Below are positions 1 through 8,453 of a stretch of DNA of 47,020 nucleotides, one piece after another; positions within the stretch are counted from its first letter, which is position 1, and each line of letters begins with the position of its first letter. The position numbers were made by a program, and so were the translations under genes. The DNA comes from a virus (Duplodnaviria; Heunggongvirae; Uroviricota; Caudoviricetes): IMG/VR virus record IMGVR_UViG_646862327_000001; one strand, 5' to 3'. Under the pieces are notes generated by a model that did not search any database, was not told the DNA's origin, and worked only from the letters and a program-made list of their open reading frames with translations.

Positions 1-1143
1 CTATGCTGTTTTGATATCTACGATAATCCAGTCTTTACCACGATCATCATTGTATCGGTCGGTCATTTTTCTGGATTTATGGCCTAACAACTTTTGCGTA
101 TCCAGACCCTGTTCCCGATATAACCGTTCTGACAGAGATCGCTGCTCATGAAATGTGGGCGCAGTTCCTTGCTCCCATTTTATGCCACATTTTTCCCTGG
201 CCTTTTTAAAAGCCGTTGTCAGAGTATTCGCAGAAACCTGGTCTCCTCTGTTTGCTTGAGAGGTTGTGTGACGGTAATGGACCAGATATTTACTAACAAC
301 AGCATCCCTGCACTGAGATATAACTTCACGAAGGGTAATATTCAGAGCATCGCATTTCAGGTTAAGCGGAATAGCAAGTTTTGAACCGGTTTTTTCCTGA
401 GTAATGTGCAACATGTCGTCCCAGATATCAGAGAATTTCAAATTGCAGATATCGCCTAAACGTTGTCCAGTGACAAGAGCAAGTAGCATCCCGCATTTTA
501 AATAGGGCTGCCGTCTGCTTACGCTGTCAAATATTGCCTGCCATTCGGGCAGTGATAATCTTTGGCGGTTTACTCGATTTCGCGGTTGTTTTGTTGCCTG
601 CGCTGGGTTAAATCCTGGCGGAACATGTCCTGCGTGTTGTGCTTCTTTGAAGACGTCGATTAACACCATTCTCACGACTTGCGCCATCCTGTTATGACCT
701 TCAGCCTTTACAGCATCAATTATTTCGGCAATATCAAGTGCGGTAATATCCTTGAGGTGTTGCATTCCACAATGCTCACGGAAAAGACGAATGGGTTTGC
801 CTTTTTGCCGATAGGAGTTGGGTCTTAGTTCATTATGTTGCAGCCTGTCCTCCTGGATAGAAATATATTTATCAAGCCATTCTGTCACCGTAATGTCTGA
901 GCGCCTGCCTTTCATTCTTTCCAGACGCTCATTGACGCTTAATATTTGTCGGGTACGTTGTTCAGCAATAATGGTATTTGCTTCAGTAGCAACTTGTTTT
1001 GCTTCATTCTCATCAGTTCCTAAGCTATGAAAACGACCGGATAGTGGATGTTTGTATTGCCAATATACCTTTCCGGTTCGCTTATCTAATTTGCAATATA
1101 AATTGGGTATAGAGATTTTGTGAGATCGGGGTCTAGCAGCCAT
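1..1143 (-). CDS. int: Phage tyrosine integrase (lambda Int-like)
   Basis: 380-aa ORF with lambda-Int-like layout: Arg-rich N-terminal arm-binding region, C-terminal catalytic region (...HEQRSLSERLY...LLGHKSRKMTDRYNDDRG). First gene of the prophage, followed by xis. Confidence 0.9.
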   Translation of the reverse strand: MAARPRSHKISIPNLYCKLDKRTGKVYWQYKHPLSGRFHSLGTDENEAKQVATEANTIIAEQRTRQILSVNERLERMKGRRSDITVTEWLDKYISIQEDRLQHNELRPNSYRQKGKPIRLFREHCGMQHLKDITALDIAEIIDAVKAEGHNRMAQVVRMVLIDVFKEAQHAGHVPPGFNPAQATKQPRNRVNRQRLSLPEWQAIFDSVSRRQPYLKCGMLLALVTGQRLGDICNLKFSDIWDDMLHITQEKTGSKLAIPLNLKCDALNITLREVISQCRDAVVSKYLVHYRHTTSQANRGDQVSANTLTTAFKKAREKCGIKWEQGTAPTFHEQRSLSERLYREQGLDTQKLLGHKSRKMTDRYNDDRGKDWIIVDIKTA

Positions 1144-1369
1144 CAGCGATTATCCGTTGGAGTTTTGGGTTTGCGTTTATTGGGAGTTGCGGTTCTGCAA
1201 GCGTTCCTACAAAACGGGAATTTCGGTCAATCATCCAGTAGCGACCAACTTTTATAGCGGGTGGGGCCATCATTTTCCCTTGCGCGTATTTTTTCAGAAC
1301 TCGCTCACTTGGTGCTAAGTCCCCAAATTCTTCTTTAGCCCAGTCCTGTAAAGTGATTAGTCGAGACAT
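1133..1369 (-). CDS. xis: Excisionase-like DNA-binding protein
   Basis: 78-aa ORF; ATG at 1367-1369 preceded by GAGGAGG; overlaps int start by 11 bp in the canonical int-xis arrangement. Confidence 0.7.
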   Translation of the reverse strand: MSRLITLQDWAKEEFGDLAPSERVLKKYAQGKMMAPPAIKVGRYWMIDRNSRFVGTLAEPQLPINANPKLQRIIADGC

Positions 1370-1508
1370 TTGTCCTCCTCTTAGCTGCTGAGGGAGTTTG
1401 TGACCGATATATCTGACATGATATTAAGCTCATGGCAGGTACATCTCTTGACTGGTCATAGAGATAAATTTAATGCTGAGAAATGCAGTATTGAATTTAT
1501 CAAATTTT

Positions 1509-1748
1509 CTATTTCCTGCGTATGGCACGTAACTTCTTAATGTGTTCTGCCGTTTCGATCTCTTCTGCTATCCGATCTGCATCAGCTTTATTCACAGGTT
1601 CAAAGTCATGATTAAAGCGGAACATGCTGGCGATACATGTTCTGCCTTTTCGGATGTAGTGAACTTTGTTGTGGGTAGAACGCAGGATTTTGCAGGGAGT
1701 GCCGTGGTGGTCGACGTACCAGGTGTTAGGAAAAATGATTCTGAACAT
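1509..1748 (-). CDS. Hypothetical early-left protein (79 aa)
   Basis: ATG at 1746-1748 preceded by GAGGTG; same strand as the pL operon; no recognisable domain by eye. Confidence 0.45.
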   Translation of the reverse strand: MFRIIFPNTWYVDHHGTPCKILRSTHNKVHYIRKGRTCIASMFRFNHDFEPVNKADADRIAEEIETAEHIKKLRAIRRK

Positions 1749-1795
1749 TTTTACACCTCAGTTGGACGATGTTGAAATTTGCTGCTTTGAGGCCA

Positions 1796-2014
1796 TCACA
1801 GTCCCCATTGTTTGTTCTTAAGTTCGATCTCCTCCTGGCAACTTGCACAAGTCCGACAACCCTGAACGGCCAGGCGTCTTCGTTCATCTATCGGATCGCC
1901 ACACTCACAACAATGAGTGGCAGATATAGCCTGGTGGTTCAGGCGGCGCATTTTTATTGCTGTGTTGCGCTGTAATTCTTCAATTTCTGATGCTGAATCA
2001 ATGATGTCTGCCAT
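1796..2014 (-). CDS. TraR/DksA-family C4 zinc-finger protein (72 aa)
   Basis: Translation has the CxxC-(17)-CxxC pattern (CCECGDPIDERRRLAVQGCRTCASCQ) typical of phage TraR/DksA-like proteins. Confidence 0.65.
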   Translation of the reverse strand: MADIIDSASEIEELQRNTAIKMRRLNHQAISATHCCECGDPIDERRRLAVQGCRTCASCQEEIELKNKQWGL

Positions 2015-2112
2015 CTTTCATTAATCCCTGAATTGTTGGTTAATACGCTTGAGGGTGAATGCGAATAATAAAAAAGGAGCCTGTAGCTCCATGATGATTT
2101 TATTTTTCATGT

Positions 2113-2328
2113 TCACCGTTCCTTAAAGACGCCGTTTAACATGCCGATCGCCAGGCTTAAATGAGTCGGTGTGAATCCCATCAGCGTTACCGTTTCGCGG
2201 TGCTTCTTCAGTACGCTACGGCAAATGTCATCGACGTTTTTATCCGGAAACTGCTGTCTGGCTTTTTTGATTTCATAATTAGCCTGACGGGCAATACTGC
2301 GAAGGGCGTTTTCTTGCTGAGGTGTCAT
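2113..2328 (-). CDS. Hypothetical small early-left protein (71 aa, MTPQQENALRS...)
   Basis: Internal ATG at 2326-2328 chosen over the ORF-track start at 2394; position between xis and exo matches lambda small early ORFs. Confidence 0.45.
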   Translation of the reverse strand: MTPQQENALRSIARQANYEIKKARQQFPDKNVDDICRSVLKKHRETVTLMGFTPTHLSLAIGMLNGVFKER

Positions 2329-2404
2329 TGAACAAGTCCCATGTCGGCAAGCATAAGCACACAGAATATGAAGCCCGCTGCCAGAAAAATGCATTCAGTG
2401 GTTG

Positions 2405-2596
2405 TCATACCTGGTCTCTCTCATCTGCTTCTGCTTTCGCCACCATCATTTCCAGCTTTTGTGAAAGGGATGTGGCTAACGTATGAAATTCTTCGTCTGT
2501 TTCTACTGGTATTGGCACAAACCTGACTCCAATTTGAGCGAGGCTATGTGCCATCTCGATACTCGTTCTTAACTCAACGGGAGATGCTTTGTGCAT
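2405..2596 (-). CDS. Hypothetical small early-left protein (63 aa)
   Basis: ATG at 2594-2596; small acidic protein in the same leftward gene string. Confidence 0.45.
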   Translation of the reverse strand: MHKASPVELRTSIEMAHSLAQIGVRFVPIPVETDEEFHTLATSLSQKLEMMVAKAEADERDQV

Positions 2597-2757
2597 ACAG
2601 CCCCCCGTTTATTATTTATCTCCTCAGCCAGCCGCTGGGCTTTCAGTGGATTTTGGATAACAGAAAGGCCGGGAAATACCCAGCCTCGCTTTGTAACGGA
2701 GTAGACGAAAGTGATCGCGCCTACCCGGATATTATCGTGAGGATGCGTCATCGCCAT
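2569..2757 (-). CDS. Hypothetical small protein (62 aa) directly downstream of exo
   Basis: ATG at 2755-2757 preceded by GGGGAG; overlaps the exo stop by 10 bp and the next ORF by 28 bp (compact phage-like packing). Confidence 0.4.
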   Translation of the reverse strand: MAMTHPHDNIRVGAITFVYSVTKRGWVFPGLSVIQNPLKAQRLAEEINNKRGAVCTKHLPLS

Positions 2758-3428
2758 TGCTCCCCAAATACAAAACCAATTTCAGCCAGTGCCTCGTCCA
2801 TTTTTTCGATGAACTCCGGCACCATCTCGTCAAAACTCGCCATGTACTTTTCATCCCGCTCAACCACGACATAATGCAGTCCTTCACGCTTCATACGCGG
2901 GTCATAGTTGGCAAAGTACCAGGCATCTTTTCGCGTCACCCACATGCTGTACTGCACCTGGGCCATGTAAGCCGACTTTATGGCCTCGAAACCACCGAGC
3001 CGGAACTTCATGAAATCCCGGGAGGTAAACGGGCATTTCAGCTCAAGGCCATTGCCGTCACTGCATAAACCATCGGGAGAGCAGGCGGTGCGCATACTTT
3101 CGTCGCGATAGATGATCGGGGATTCAGTAACATTCACGCCGGAAGTGAATTTAAACAGGGTTCTGGCGTCGTTCTCGTACTGTTTTCCCCAGGCCAGCGC
3201 CTTAGCATTAACTTCCGGAGCCACACCGGTGCAAACCTCAGCCAGCAAGGTGTGGAAGTAGGACATTTTCATGTCAGGCCACTTCTTTCCTGAGCGGGGC
3301 TTTGCTATCACGTTGTGAACTTCTGAAGCGGTGATGACGCCGAGCCGTAATTTGTGCCATGCATCATCCCCCTGTTCGACAGCTCTCACGTCGATCCCGG
3401 TACGCTGCAGGATAATGTCCGGTGTCAT
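2748..3428 (-). CDS. exo: Lambda exonuclease (Red-alpha)
   Basis: 226-aa translation ([40 protein letters not shown]...GFVFGEQWR) recognised as essentially identical to lambda Exo from memory. Confidence 0.95.
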   Translation of the reverse strand: MTPDIILQRTGIDVRAVEQGDDAWHKLRLGVITASEVHNVIAKPRSGKKWPDMKMSYFHTLLAEVCTGVAPEVNAKALAWGKQYENDARTLFKFTSGVNVTESPIIYRDESMRTACSPDGLCSDGNGLELKCPFTSRDFMKFRLGGFEAIKSAYMAQVQYSMWVTRKDAWYFANYDPRMKREGLHYVVVERDEKYMASFDEMVPEFIEKMDEALAEIGFVFGEQWR

Positions 3429-4210
3429 GCTGCCACCTTCTGCTCAGTGGCTTTCTGTTTCAGGAATCCAAGAGCTTTCACTGCTTCGGCTTGTGTCAGT
3501 TCTGACGATGCGCGAATGTCGCGGCGAAATATCTGGGAACAGAGCGGCAATAAGTCGTCATCCCATGTTTTATCCAGGGCGATCAGCAGAGTGTTAATCT
3601 CCTGCATGGTTTCATCGTTAACCGGAGTGATGTCGCGTTCCGGCTGACGTTCCGCAGTGTATGCAGTATTTTCGACAATGCGCTCGGCTTCATCCTTGTC
3701 ATAGATACCAGCAAATCCGAAGGCCAGACGGGCACACTGAATCATGGCTTTATGCCGTAACATCCGTTTGGGATGCGACTGCCACGGCCCCGTGATTTCT
3801 CTGCCTTCGCGAGTTTTGAATGGTTCGCGGCGGCATTCATCCATCCATTCGGTAACGCAGATCGGATGATTGCGGTCTTTGCGGTAAATCCGGCACGTAC
3901 ATGATTCATTGTCCTGCTCAAAGTCCATGCCATCAAACTGCTGGTTTTCATTGATGATGCGGGACCAGCCATCAACGCCCACCACCGGAACGATGCCGTT
4001 CTGCTTATCAGGGAAGGCGTAAATTTCTTTCGTCCACGGATTAAGGCCGTACTGGTTGGCGACGATCAGCAATGCGATGAACTGCGCATCGCTGGCATCA
4101 CCTTTAAATGCCGTCTGACGAAGAGTGGTGATCAGTTCCTGTGGGTCGACAGAATCCATGCCGACACGTTCAGCCAGCTTCCCGGCTAGCGTTGCGAGTG
4201 CTGTACTCAT
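3425..4210 (-). CDS. bet: Single-strand annealing protein Bet (Red-beta)
   Basis: 261-aa translation ([68 protein letters not shown]...) matches lambda Bet; 4-bp overlap with exo. Confidence 0.95.
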   Translation of the reverse strand: MSTALATLAGKLAERVGMDSVDPQELITTLRQTAFKGDASDAQFIALLIVANQYGLNPWTKEIYAFPDKQNGIVPVVGVDGWSRIINENQQFDGMDFEQDNESCTCRIYRKDRNHPICVTEWMDECRREPFKTREGREITGPWQSHPKRMLRHKAMIQCARLAFGFAGIYDKDEAERIVENTAYTAERQPERDITPVNDETMQEINTLLIALDKTWDDDLLPLCSQIFRRDIRASSELTQAEAVKALGFLKQKATEQKVAA

Positions 4211-4215
4211 CCGTT

Positions 4216-4512
4216 TTATACCTCTGAATCAATATCAACATGGTGGTGAGCAATGGTTTCAACCATGTACCGGATGTGTTCTGCCATGCGCTCCTGAAAC
4301 TCAACATCGTCATCAAACGCACGGGTAATGGCTTTTTTGTTGGCCCCGCAGCGTTGCAAATGATCGATGCAGAGTGATTCAAACAGGTGCTGTGGAAGAC
4401 CTTTTTCCATGTCGTCTGCCAGTTCTGCCTCTTTCTCTTCACGGGCGATCTGCTGGTAGTGACGCGCCCAGCTTTGAGCCTCAAGACGATCCTGAATGTA
4501 ATAAGCGTTCAT
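4216..4512 (-). CDS. gam: Gam (RecBCD inhibitor), short form only
   Basis: 98-aa translation ([48 protein letters not shown]...) matches lambda GamS. Upstream in-frame codons still read ...IFRSSA but end at a stop at 4567-4569, so no long form. Confidence 0.9.
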   Translation of the reverse strand: MNAYYIQDRLEAQSWARHYQQIAREEKEAELADDMEKGLPQHLFESLCIDHLQRCGANKKAITRAFDDDVEFQERMAEHIRYMVETIAHHHVDIDSEV

Positions 4513-4587
4513 GGCTGAACTCCTGAAAATGGCTGTGAAAATATCGCCTGCGAAATGCCGGGCTGATTAGGTAAACAGGAAAGGGGA

Positions 4588-4878
4588 TTAGTGATTCAGG
4601 CCGTTGCCGCGTCCGTCGAGAAAAACTTCCACGAGCAAATCACGGGTATAAGTGCGCTCGATGCCGCGATGCAGATAAAGCCGTCCGCGTAAATTAGCTG
4701 ATGCAGTCCAGGTACCATCTTTGTGTTTGACCAGCATTCCTGGCATGACCGCACCGCGATTAACGGTCTGCGTTCCGTAATGTTGATGAACCATAAAAAC
4801 TCCTGCCCGTAAGCTGGGCTGCTGAACATATAGAGACTTCTGCGCGTATTCAGGCGGTGGATGGCCGCCGGTTGTCAT
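4588..4878 (-). CDS. Hypothetical pL-proximal protein (96 aa from ATG at 4876-4878; TTG-extended frame reaches 4998)
   Basis: First ORF downstream of the putative pL, in the slot lambda uses for N; extended frame begins with an Arg-rich stretch (SRLRGVRGVKRTRERR). No boxA/boxB recognised. Confidence 0.35.
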   Translation of the reverse strand: MTTGGHPPPEYAQKSLYVQQPSLRAGVFMVHQHYGTQTVNRGAVMPGMLVKHKDGTWTASANLRGRLYLHRGIERTYTRDLLVEVFLDGRGNGLNH

Positions 4879-5074
4879 AACTAAGCCGCCTCGTTGAAGC
4901 GACTGAGGTATGAGGTGTTGAGTTGATTTCAGCTGGTCACACCGACGTTCACGCGTCCGCTTCACCCCTCGCACTCCCCGGAGCCTGCTGAAATTCAAGC
5001 TGCGGATCTAAGCGGTCATCGCAACGGTGAATCAGGTGATTGCCGTATCGTTGTGTTGTTGCGACATGGTGATA

Positions 5075-5157
5075 ATAGCTATTGTTATTGGCTGTATCAA
5101 TACTTATTGCTATTGATTGATGTGTTTTGATATTAACTGTTTGATAGCAAAAAGAAT
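5075..5157. promoter_or_regulatory. Putative OL operator cluster / pL region
   Basis: Three 14-bp sites ATAGCTATTGTTAT (5075-5088), ATACTTATTGCTAT (5100-5113), GATAGCAAAAAGAAT (5143-5157, inverted) resemble the three OR sites beside cI. Confidence 0.45.
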
Positions 5158-5238
5158 TAATTTTGTGACTTGTATCGCATAGCGATAACTGAAGGGAGGA
5201 TGTGGTGGTTTTTCGAACGGTTTGTGTGATGAGGGGAC

Positions 5239-5265
5239 AAAAGAAAACCCGGCACGGTGGCCGGG
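5239..5265 (-). terminator. Rho-independent terminator ending the cI-cargo operon (tImm analogue)
   Basis: Minus-strand hairpin CCCGGC-caccgt-GCCGGG followed by UUUUCUUUU, 4 bp after the stop of the 125-aa ORF. Confidence 0.6.
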
Positions 5266-5269
5266 ATTC

Positions 5270-5647
5270 TTACGCAGGTAGGTAAAGATATGATTGTGGT
5301 GGCTTAATATTACTACCTAGAGCAGAGATAGGAATTGGTTCTTTATATCTTTCCACTTCACCAATTTTTATTGCGTAGGCCTTTTCTCTACCTGAATAAT
5401 ATGAGTCATAAAATTGCTTAGAAATACCTGCGTGTTTTTCCGTCTTTTTCCAAAGAGATTCCGGTTCGTCACTTAGTATTGATTCAATACGGAATTGACC
5501 AACAACTTTACCTAATGGCATCGTGGCATAAATAACAACGGTGCTAATTTGCGGATTTTTGAATATACCTTTACGAAACTCGAACCGCTTTGTTCCGTTC
5601 AATATTTTTTCTGCAAACTCAGGCTTAATGGATAATAAAACTTTCAT
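5270..5647 (-). CDS. ASCH-domain (PUA-like) protein, 125 aa
   Basis: N-terminus MKVLLSIKPEFAEKILNGTKRFEFRK...VVIY...GKVVGQFRIESI fits the ASCH family signature; overlaps the upstream gene by 23 bp; AT-rich codon usage. Confidence 0.6.
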   Translation of the reverse strand: MKVLLSIKPEFAEKILNGTKRFEFRKGIFKNPQISTVVIYATMPLGKVVGQFRIESILSDEPESLWKKTEKHAGISKQFYDSYYSGREKAYAIKIGEVERYKEPIPISALGSNIKPPQSYLYLPA

Positions 5648-6686
5648 TTATCTTGCCTAACTCGATGATCTTTAAGAACTGCTCATTTGTGAGTTTAAAG
5701 TGACTCCATCGGAATGCACGCGAACCATTTAGCCCCACATGATCTATTAAAATAGCACGATTGGGTCTCTTTGGCAAAGACAGATTGTATGTGAATCTTA
5801 TAATGAAAGGGTATCGACGTTCTTTATAGATTTTTCTGAGTTCATCTTCAGAAAATACGCTAAAACGAATACAATAGTCTACAAAACTATCTTCGCTTAA
5901 AAATTCAGAAATATTTTTTACGCTCTCAACTACACATAATGTACTGGCTACAGAACGATAGCGAGCTGGCCCTTTTTTGTCTCCGGTTCTATAGATGACA
6001 ATGATATCTCCTCTTTTCATTCCCATCACAGAACGCATTCCACATATGTAAATTTTATGAATGCTGTTAGCATGGGATATATCTTTGACAATATCTGGTG
6101 ATTCATTTACAAGTTTTGAATCAGGGAATAGTCTAGTGTGATATTCGGGATAAATCGCCAGTAAATATTTGTTGGCCCTTGATGTCATTATTCGAGGGTA
6201 ATCTAATAAAATATCACCATAAGGCTCATGCAAAGACCTCGCATATACAAACTCTTTCCCGTTATGTGTTTCTTTTTCACCATGAATGTAAAATCCGTAC
6301 GTTTGGAAAAGTTTTATTAGATGGACGTGTTTGTCGAAAACAGTAACATAAATATCATCAGATTTTGATGAAAATGCATGGTCAAACGCTTTTTTTAGAA
6401 ATCGTTGTCCGCGAAGGGTGCCTTTAGATTCAAATTTGAATGTTCCTATCTTTAGATGACGTCCTGGTGGGAGCGCTGGATTAATGTCATTTGCATCATC
6501 ATTTTCTTTTAGATACATAAAACCTTCGATTTTATGCTTGTCATCATAGAGCACATAAGCTGATTCTCCTTCTCTGGCTTTTTTTTCTAACCAAAGAGGA
6601 AACTCTTTATAATCTTTTTTTAAAGAGTCAAAAAATGGGTCATTGTGATCAAAATCAGAGAATTTCTCATATTTTAAAGTATCCAT
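5625..6686 (-). CDS. Two-domain protein: GNAT-like acetyltransferase fold (N) fused to PUA-like ASCH/EVE-type domain (C), 353 aa
   Basis: Start moved to ATG 6684-6686 (GGAGA RBS). N-terminal ~155 aa looks GNAT-like by eye (...LKIGTFKFESKGTLRGQRFLKKAF...LFQTYGFY). C-terminal part repeats the ASCH-like pattern (KYLLAIYPEYHTRLF...GMKRGDIIVIYRTGD). Same strand as cI, in the rexA/rexB slot. Confidence 0.55.
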   Translation of the reverse strand: MDTLKYEKFSDFDHNDPFFDSLKKDYKEFPLWLEKKAREGESAYVLYDDKHKIEGFMYLKENDDANDINPALPPGRHLKIGTFKFESKGTLRGQRFLKKAFDHAFSSKSDDIYVTVFDKHVHLIKLFQTYGFYIHGEKETHNGKEFVYARSLHEPYGDILLDYPRIMTSRANKYLLAIYPEYHTRLFPDSKLVNESPDIVKDISHANSIHKIYICGMRSVMGMKRGDIIVIYRTGDKKGPARYRSVASTLCVVESVKNISEFLSEDSFVDYCIRFSVFSEDELRKIYKERRYPFIIRFTYNLSLPKRPNRAILIDHVGLNGSRAFRWSHFKLTNEQFLKIIELGKINESFIIH

Positions 6687-6766
6687 TAAGTTCTCCATTC
6701 TAAAATGAATAATTAAGTTGTTTTACTGAATGAGCACAATGCCCGGTTGATAATTTTTAATTGGTA

Positions 6767-7459
6767 CTATCCATGCTTCCTATACGTCTGCGGCATGCTC
6801 CCAATAACTTTCCCGAAGATAAATACCCGGTTCATCTCATCTTTCTCGATCGGGTCCCACGGTGAGTAGCTTTTGTTATCAGAGATAACCAGCAGCTTAT
6901 CCTTCATCATTTGCAGGCGCTTTACATGGGCTGTGTCGTCGTACAGAAACGCATAGATACCATCACCGTCGAAAGATTTAACCGTGATATCAACGAATAG
7001 AAGATCACCAGGTTCAATCGTTCCTGACATGCTGTCACCGCGTACGTTAATGATGCGGATATTTTCTGCCTTCCTACCATCGAACATGTGACGAGCATCG
7101 TCAAACGAGTACTCAACCGAGCGTAGAACTTCTACAAACTCACGGTTGATGACTCCCGGCCCGGCACTCACTTCTATATCAAGAACGTCAATCTTGAAGT
7201 ATTTGGGATGGTTGGCAGTAGGCTTCCCTAATTGTTGACCGTCATTTCTCATCGGGCCTATGCCTGATGAGAGCCACTCTGTTCGAACACCCAATGCATT
7301 AGCTATTTCAACAATTTTTGTTGAGCCGCGCGCGTTGCCGCTTGTCAGTCTCCAGATTGTGGGTTGAGCTACGCCAGACGCCTTTGCAAGAGCGCCTTGA
7401 GACATTCCAGATTGTTCCATCGCTAGGTTTAAGCGATCAGCAAGAGTTTCTTTTTTCAT
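6767..7459 (-). CDS. cI: Prophage repressor cI (HTH + LexA-like S24 peptidase domain)
   Basis: N-terminal HTH (GMSQGALAKASGVAQPTIWRL) and C-terminal S24 autocleavage module (GDSM...VKRL); start set to ATG 7457-7459 (MKKETL...) rather than the TTG at 7495; divergent to cro. Confidence 0.85.
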   Translation of the reverse strand: MKKETLADRLNLAMEQSGMSQGALAKASGVAQPTIWRLTSGNARGSTKIVEIANALGVRTEWLSSGIGPMRNDGQQLGKPTANHPKYFKIDVLDIEVSAGPGVINREFVEVLRSVEYSFDDARHMFDGRKAENIRIINVRGDSMSGTIEPGDLLFVDITVKSFDGDGIYAFLYDDTAHVKRLQMMKDKLLVISDNKSYSPWDPIEKDEMNRVFIFGKVIGSMPQTYRKHG

Positions 7460-7471
7460 AAGTTTTAATTT

Positions 7472-7535
7472 ATACGCTTGCGTATTGATGGTCAAAACAC
7501 GTTTTGCTATTGTTATGATTAATACGCATTGCTAT
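7472..7535. promoter_or_regulatory. OR operator cluster with pRM/pR
   Basis: Three 14-bp sites at ~25-bp spacing between cI and cro: ATACGCTTGCGTAT (7472-7485, perfect dyad), ACACGTTTTGCTAT (7497-7510), ATACGCATTGCTAT (7522-7535). Confidence 0.6.
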
Positions 7536-7569
7536 TATTTATTCATTGTAATACCAATAGGAATTAATA

Positions 7570-7797
7570 ATGACAAATCAAACCATTCAACTCGCAATCA
7601 GTATTACAGGTAGTCAAAAACGACTGGCAGATCTATGCGGTGTAGCCCAGCCCACTGTTTGGCGTTGGCTACACGGTGGCGGAATTGATGCCCGCTATGT
7701 AATGAAAATTGTCTCAGCCACTGGTGGAAAGATTAAACCAGCAGATATTCGTCCCGACCTCGCACCATTGTTTAACGCGAGTAATTCTGCCGCCTAA
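7570..7797 (+). CDS. cro: Cro-like HTH repressor (YdaS-type)
   Basis: 75 aa with HTH (QKRLADLCGVAQPTVWRW); first gene rightward of OR. Confidence 0.8.
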   Translation: MTNQTIQLAISITGSQKRLADLCGVAQPTVWRWLHGGGIDARYVMKIVSATGGKIKPADIRPDLAPLFNASNSAA

Positions 7798-7821
7798 TCT
7801 GCGGCGTTAACTGATAAGGCA

Positions 7822-8367
7822 ATGACTATGCAACCACTTACATACCAACAGACTAGCGGATTTAGCCCGACTGCGGTGATAAATCGTTCTCAAACAAAAC
7901 AGGCGCCAGGCCACGAAAAAATCCGTGATGCCGTTCGCGCCTGGTCGGCTGCAGATAATCAGGATGTTGTTGCCGCACTCATTGTGAATGAGTATCGGGA
8001 GCAGGGCGGCGGCACCATCGATTTTCCTGATGATGTCAGCCGTGCACGCCAGAAGCTGTTCCGCTTCCTCGATAACAAATTCGATTCTGAAAAATACCGA
8101 AATAACGTGCGTGAACTGACCCCGGCAATTCTGGCGGTACTACCGCTGGAATATCGCGGCCACCTGGTTGAGCAGGATAGCTTCATGGCTCGGCTGGCTG
8201 AAATGGAAAAGGAACTCAGTGAGGCAAAACAGGCTGTCATTCTCAACGCACCACGCCACCAGAAACTGAAGGAGATGAGTGAAGGCATTGTGTCGATGTT
8301 TCGTGTGGACCCGGATCTGGCTGGTCCACTGATGGCGATGGTCACCACCATGCTGGGGGCAATATGA
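7822..8367 (+). CDS. cII-position regulator, YdaT-like family (181 aa)
   Basis: Occupies the cII slot between cro and O; motifs EYREQGGG and PAILAVLPLEYRGHL resemble the Rac YdaT / phage CII family as remembered. Confidence 0.55.
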   Translation: MTMQPLTYQQTSGFSPTAVINRSQTKQAPGHEKIRDAVRAWSAADNQDVVAALIVNEYREQGGGTIDFPDDVSRARQKLFRFLDNKFDSEKYRNNVRELTPAILAVLPLEYRGHLVEQDSFMARLAEMEKELSEAKQAVILNAPRHQKLKEMSEGIVSMFRVDPDLAGPLMAMVTTMLGAI

Positions 8368-8453
8368 CAGGTTCGGAAATGGCGAAAGCCGGTCTGCGCG
8401 AACAGAACCGACTTTCAGGTGCAAATCGTAACACACTCATTGCGGGAGGAATT

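Noticed and set aside
4596-4829. 77-aa minus-strand ORF in an alternative frame overlapping the pL-proximal ORF
   Set aside because: Entirely nested within the longer ORF, no independent RBS, low-complexity translation.
7783-7806. Short hairpin (GCCGC-ctaatct-GCGGC) at the cro stop codon, possible tR1-like element
   Set aside because: Only a 5-bp stem and no U-tract; cannot be called a terminator from sequence alone (lambda tR1 is rho-dependent).
8364-8453. N-terminal extension of O from the ORF-track start at 8364
   Set aside because: Would overlap the preceding gene by 4 bp and add 30 residues not expected for O; ATG at 8454 has a strong GGGAGGA RBS.
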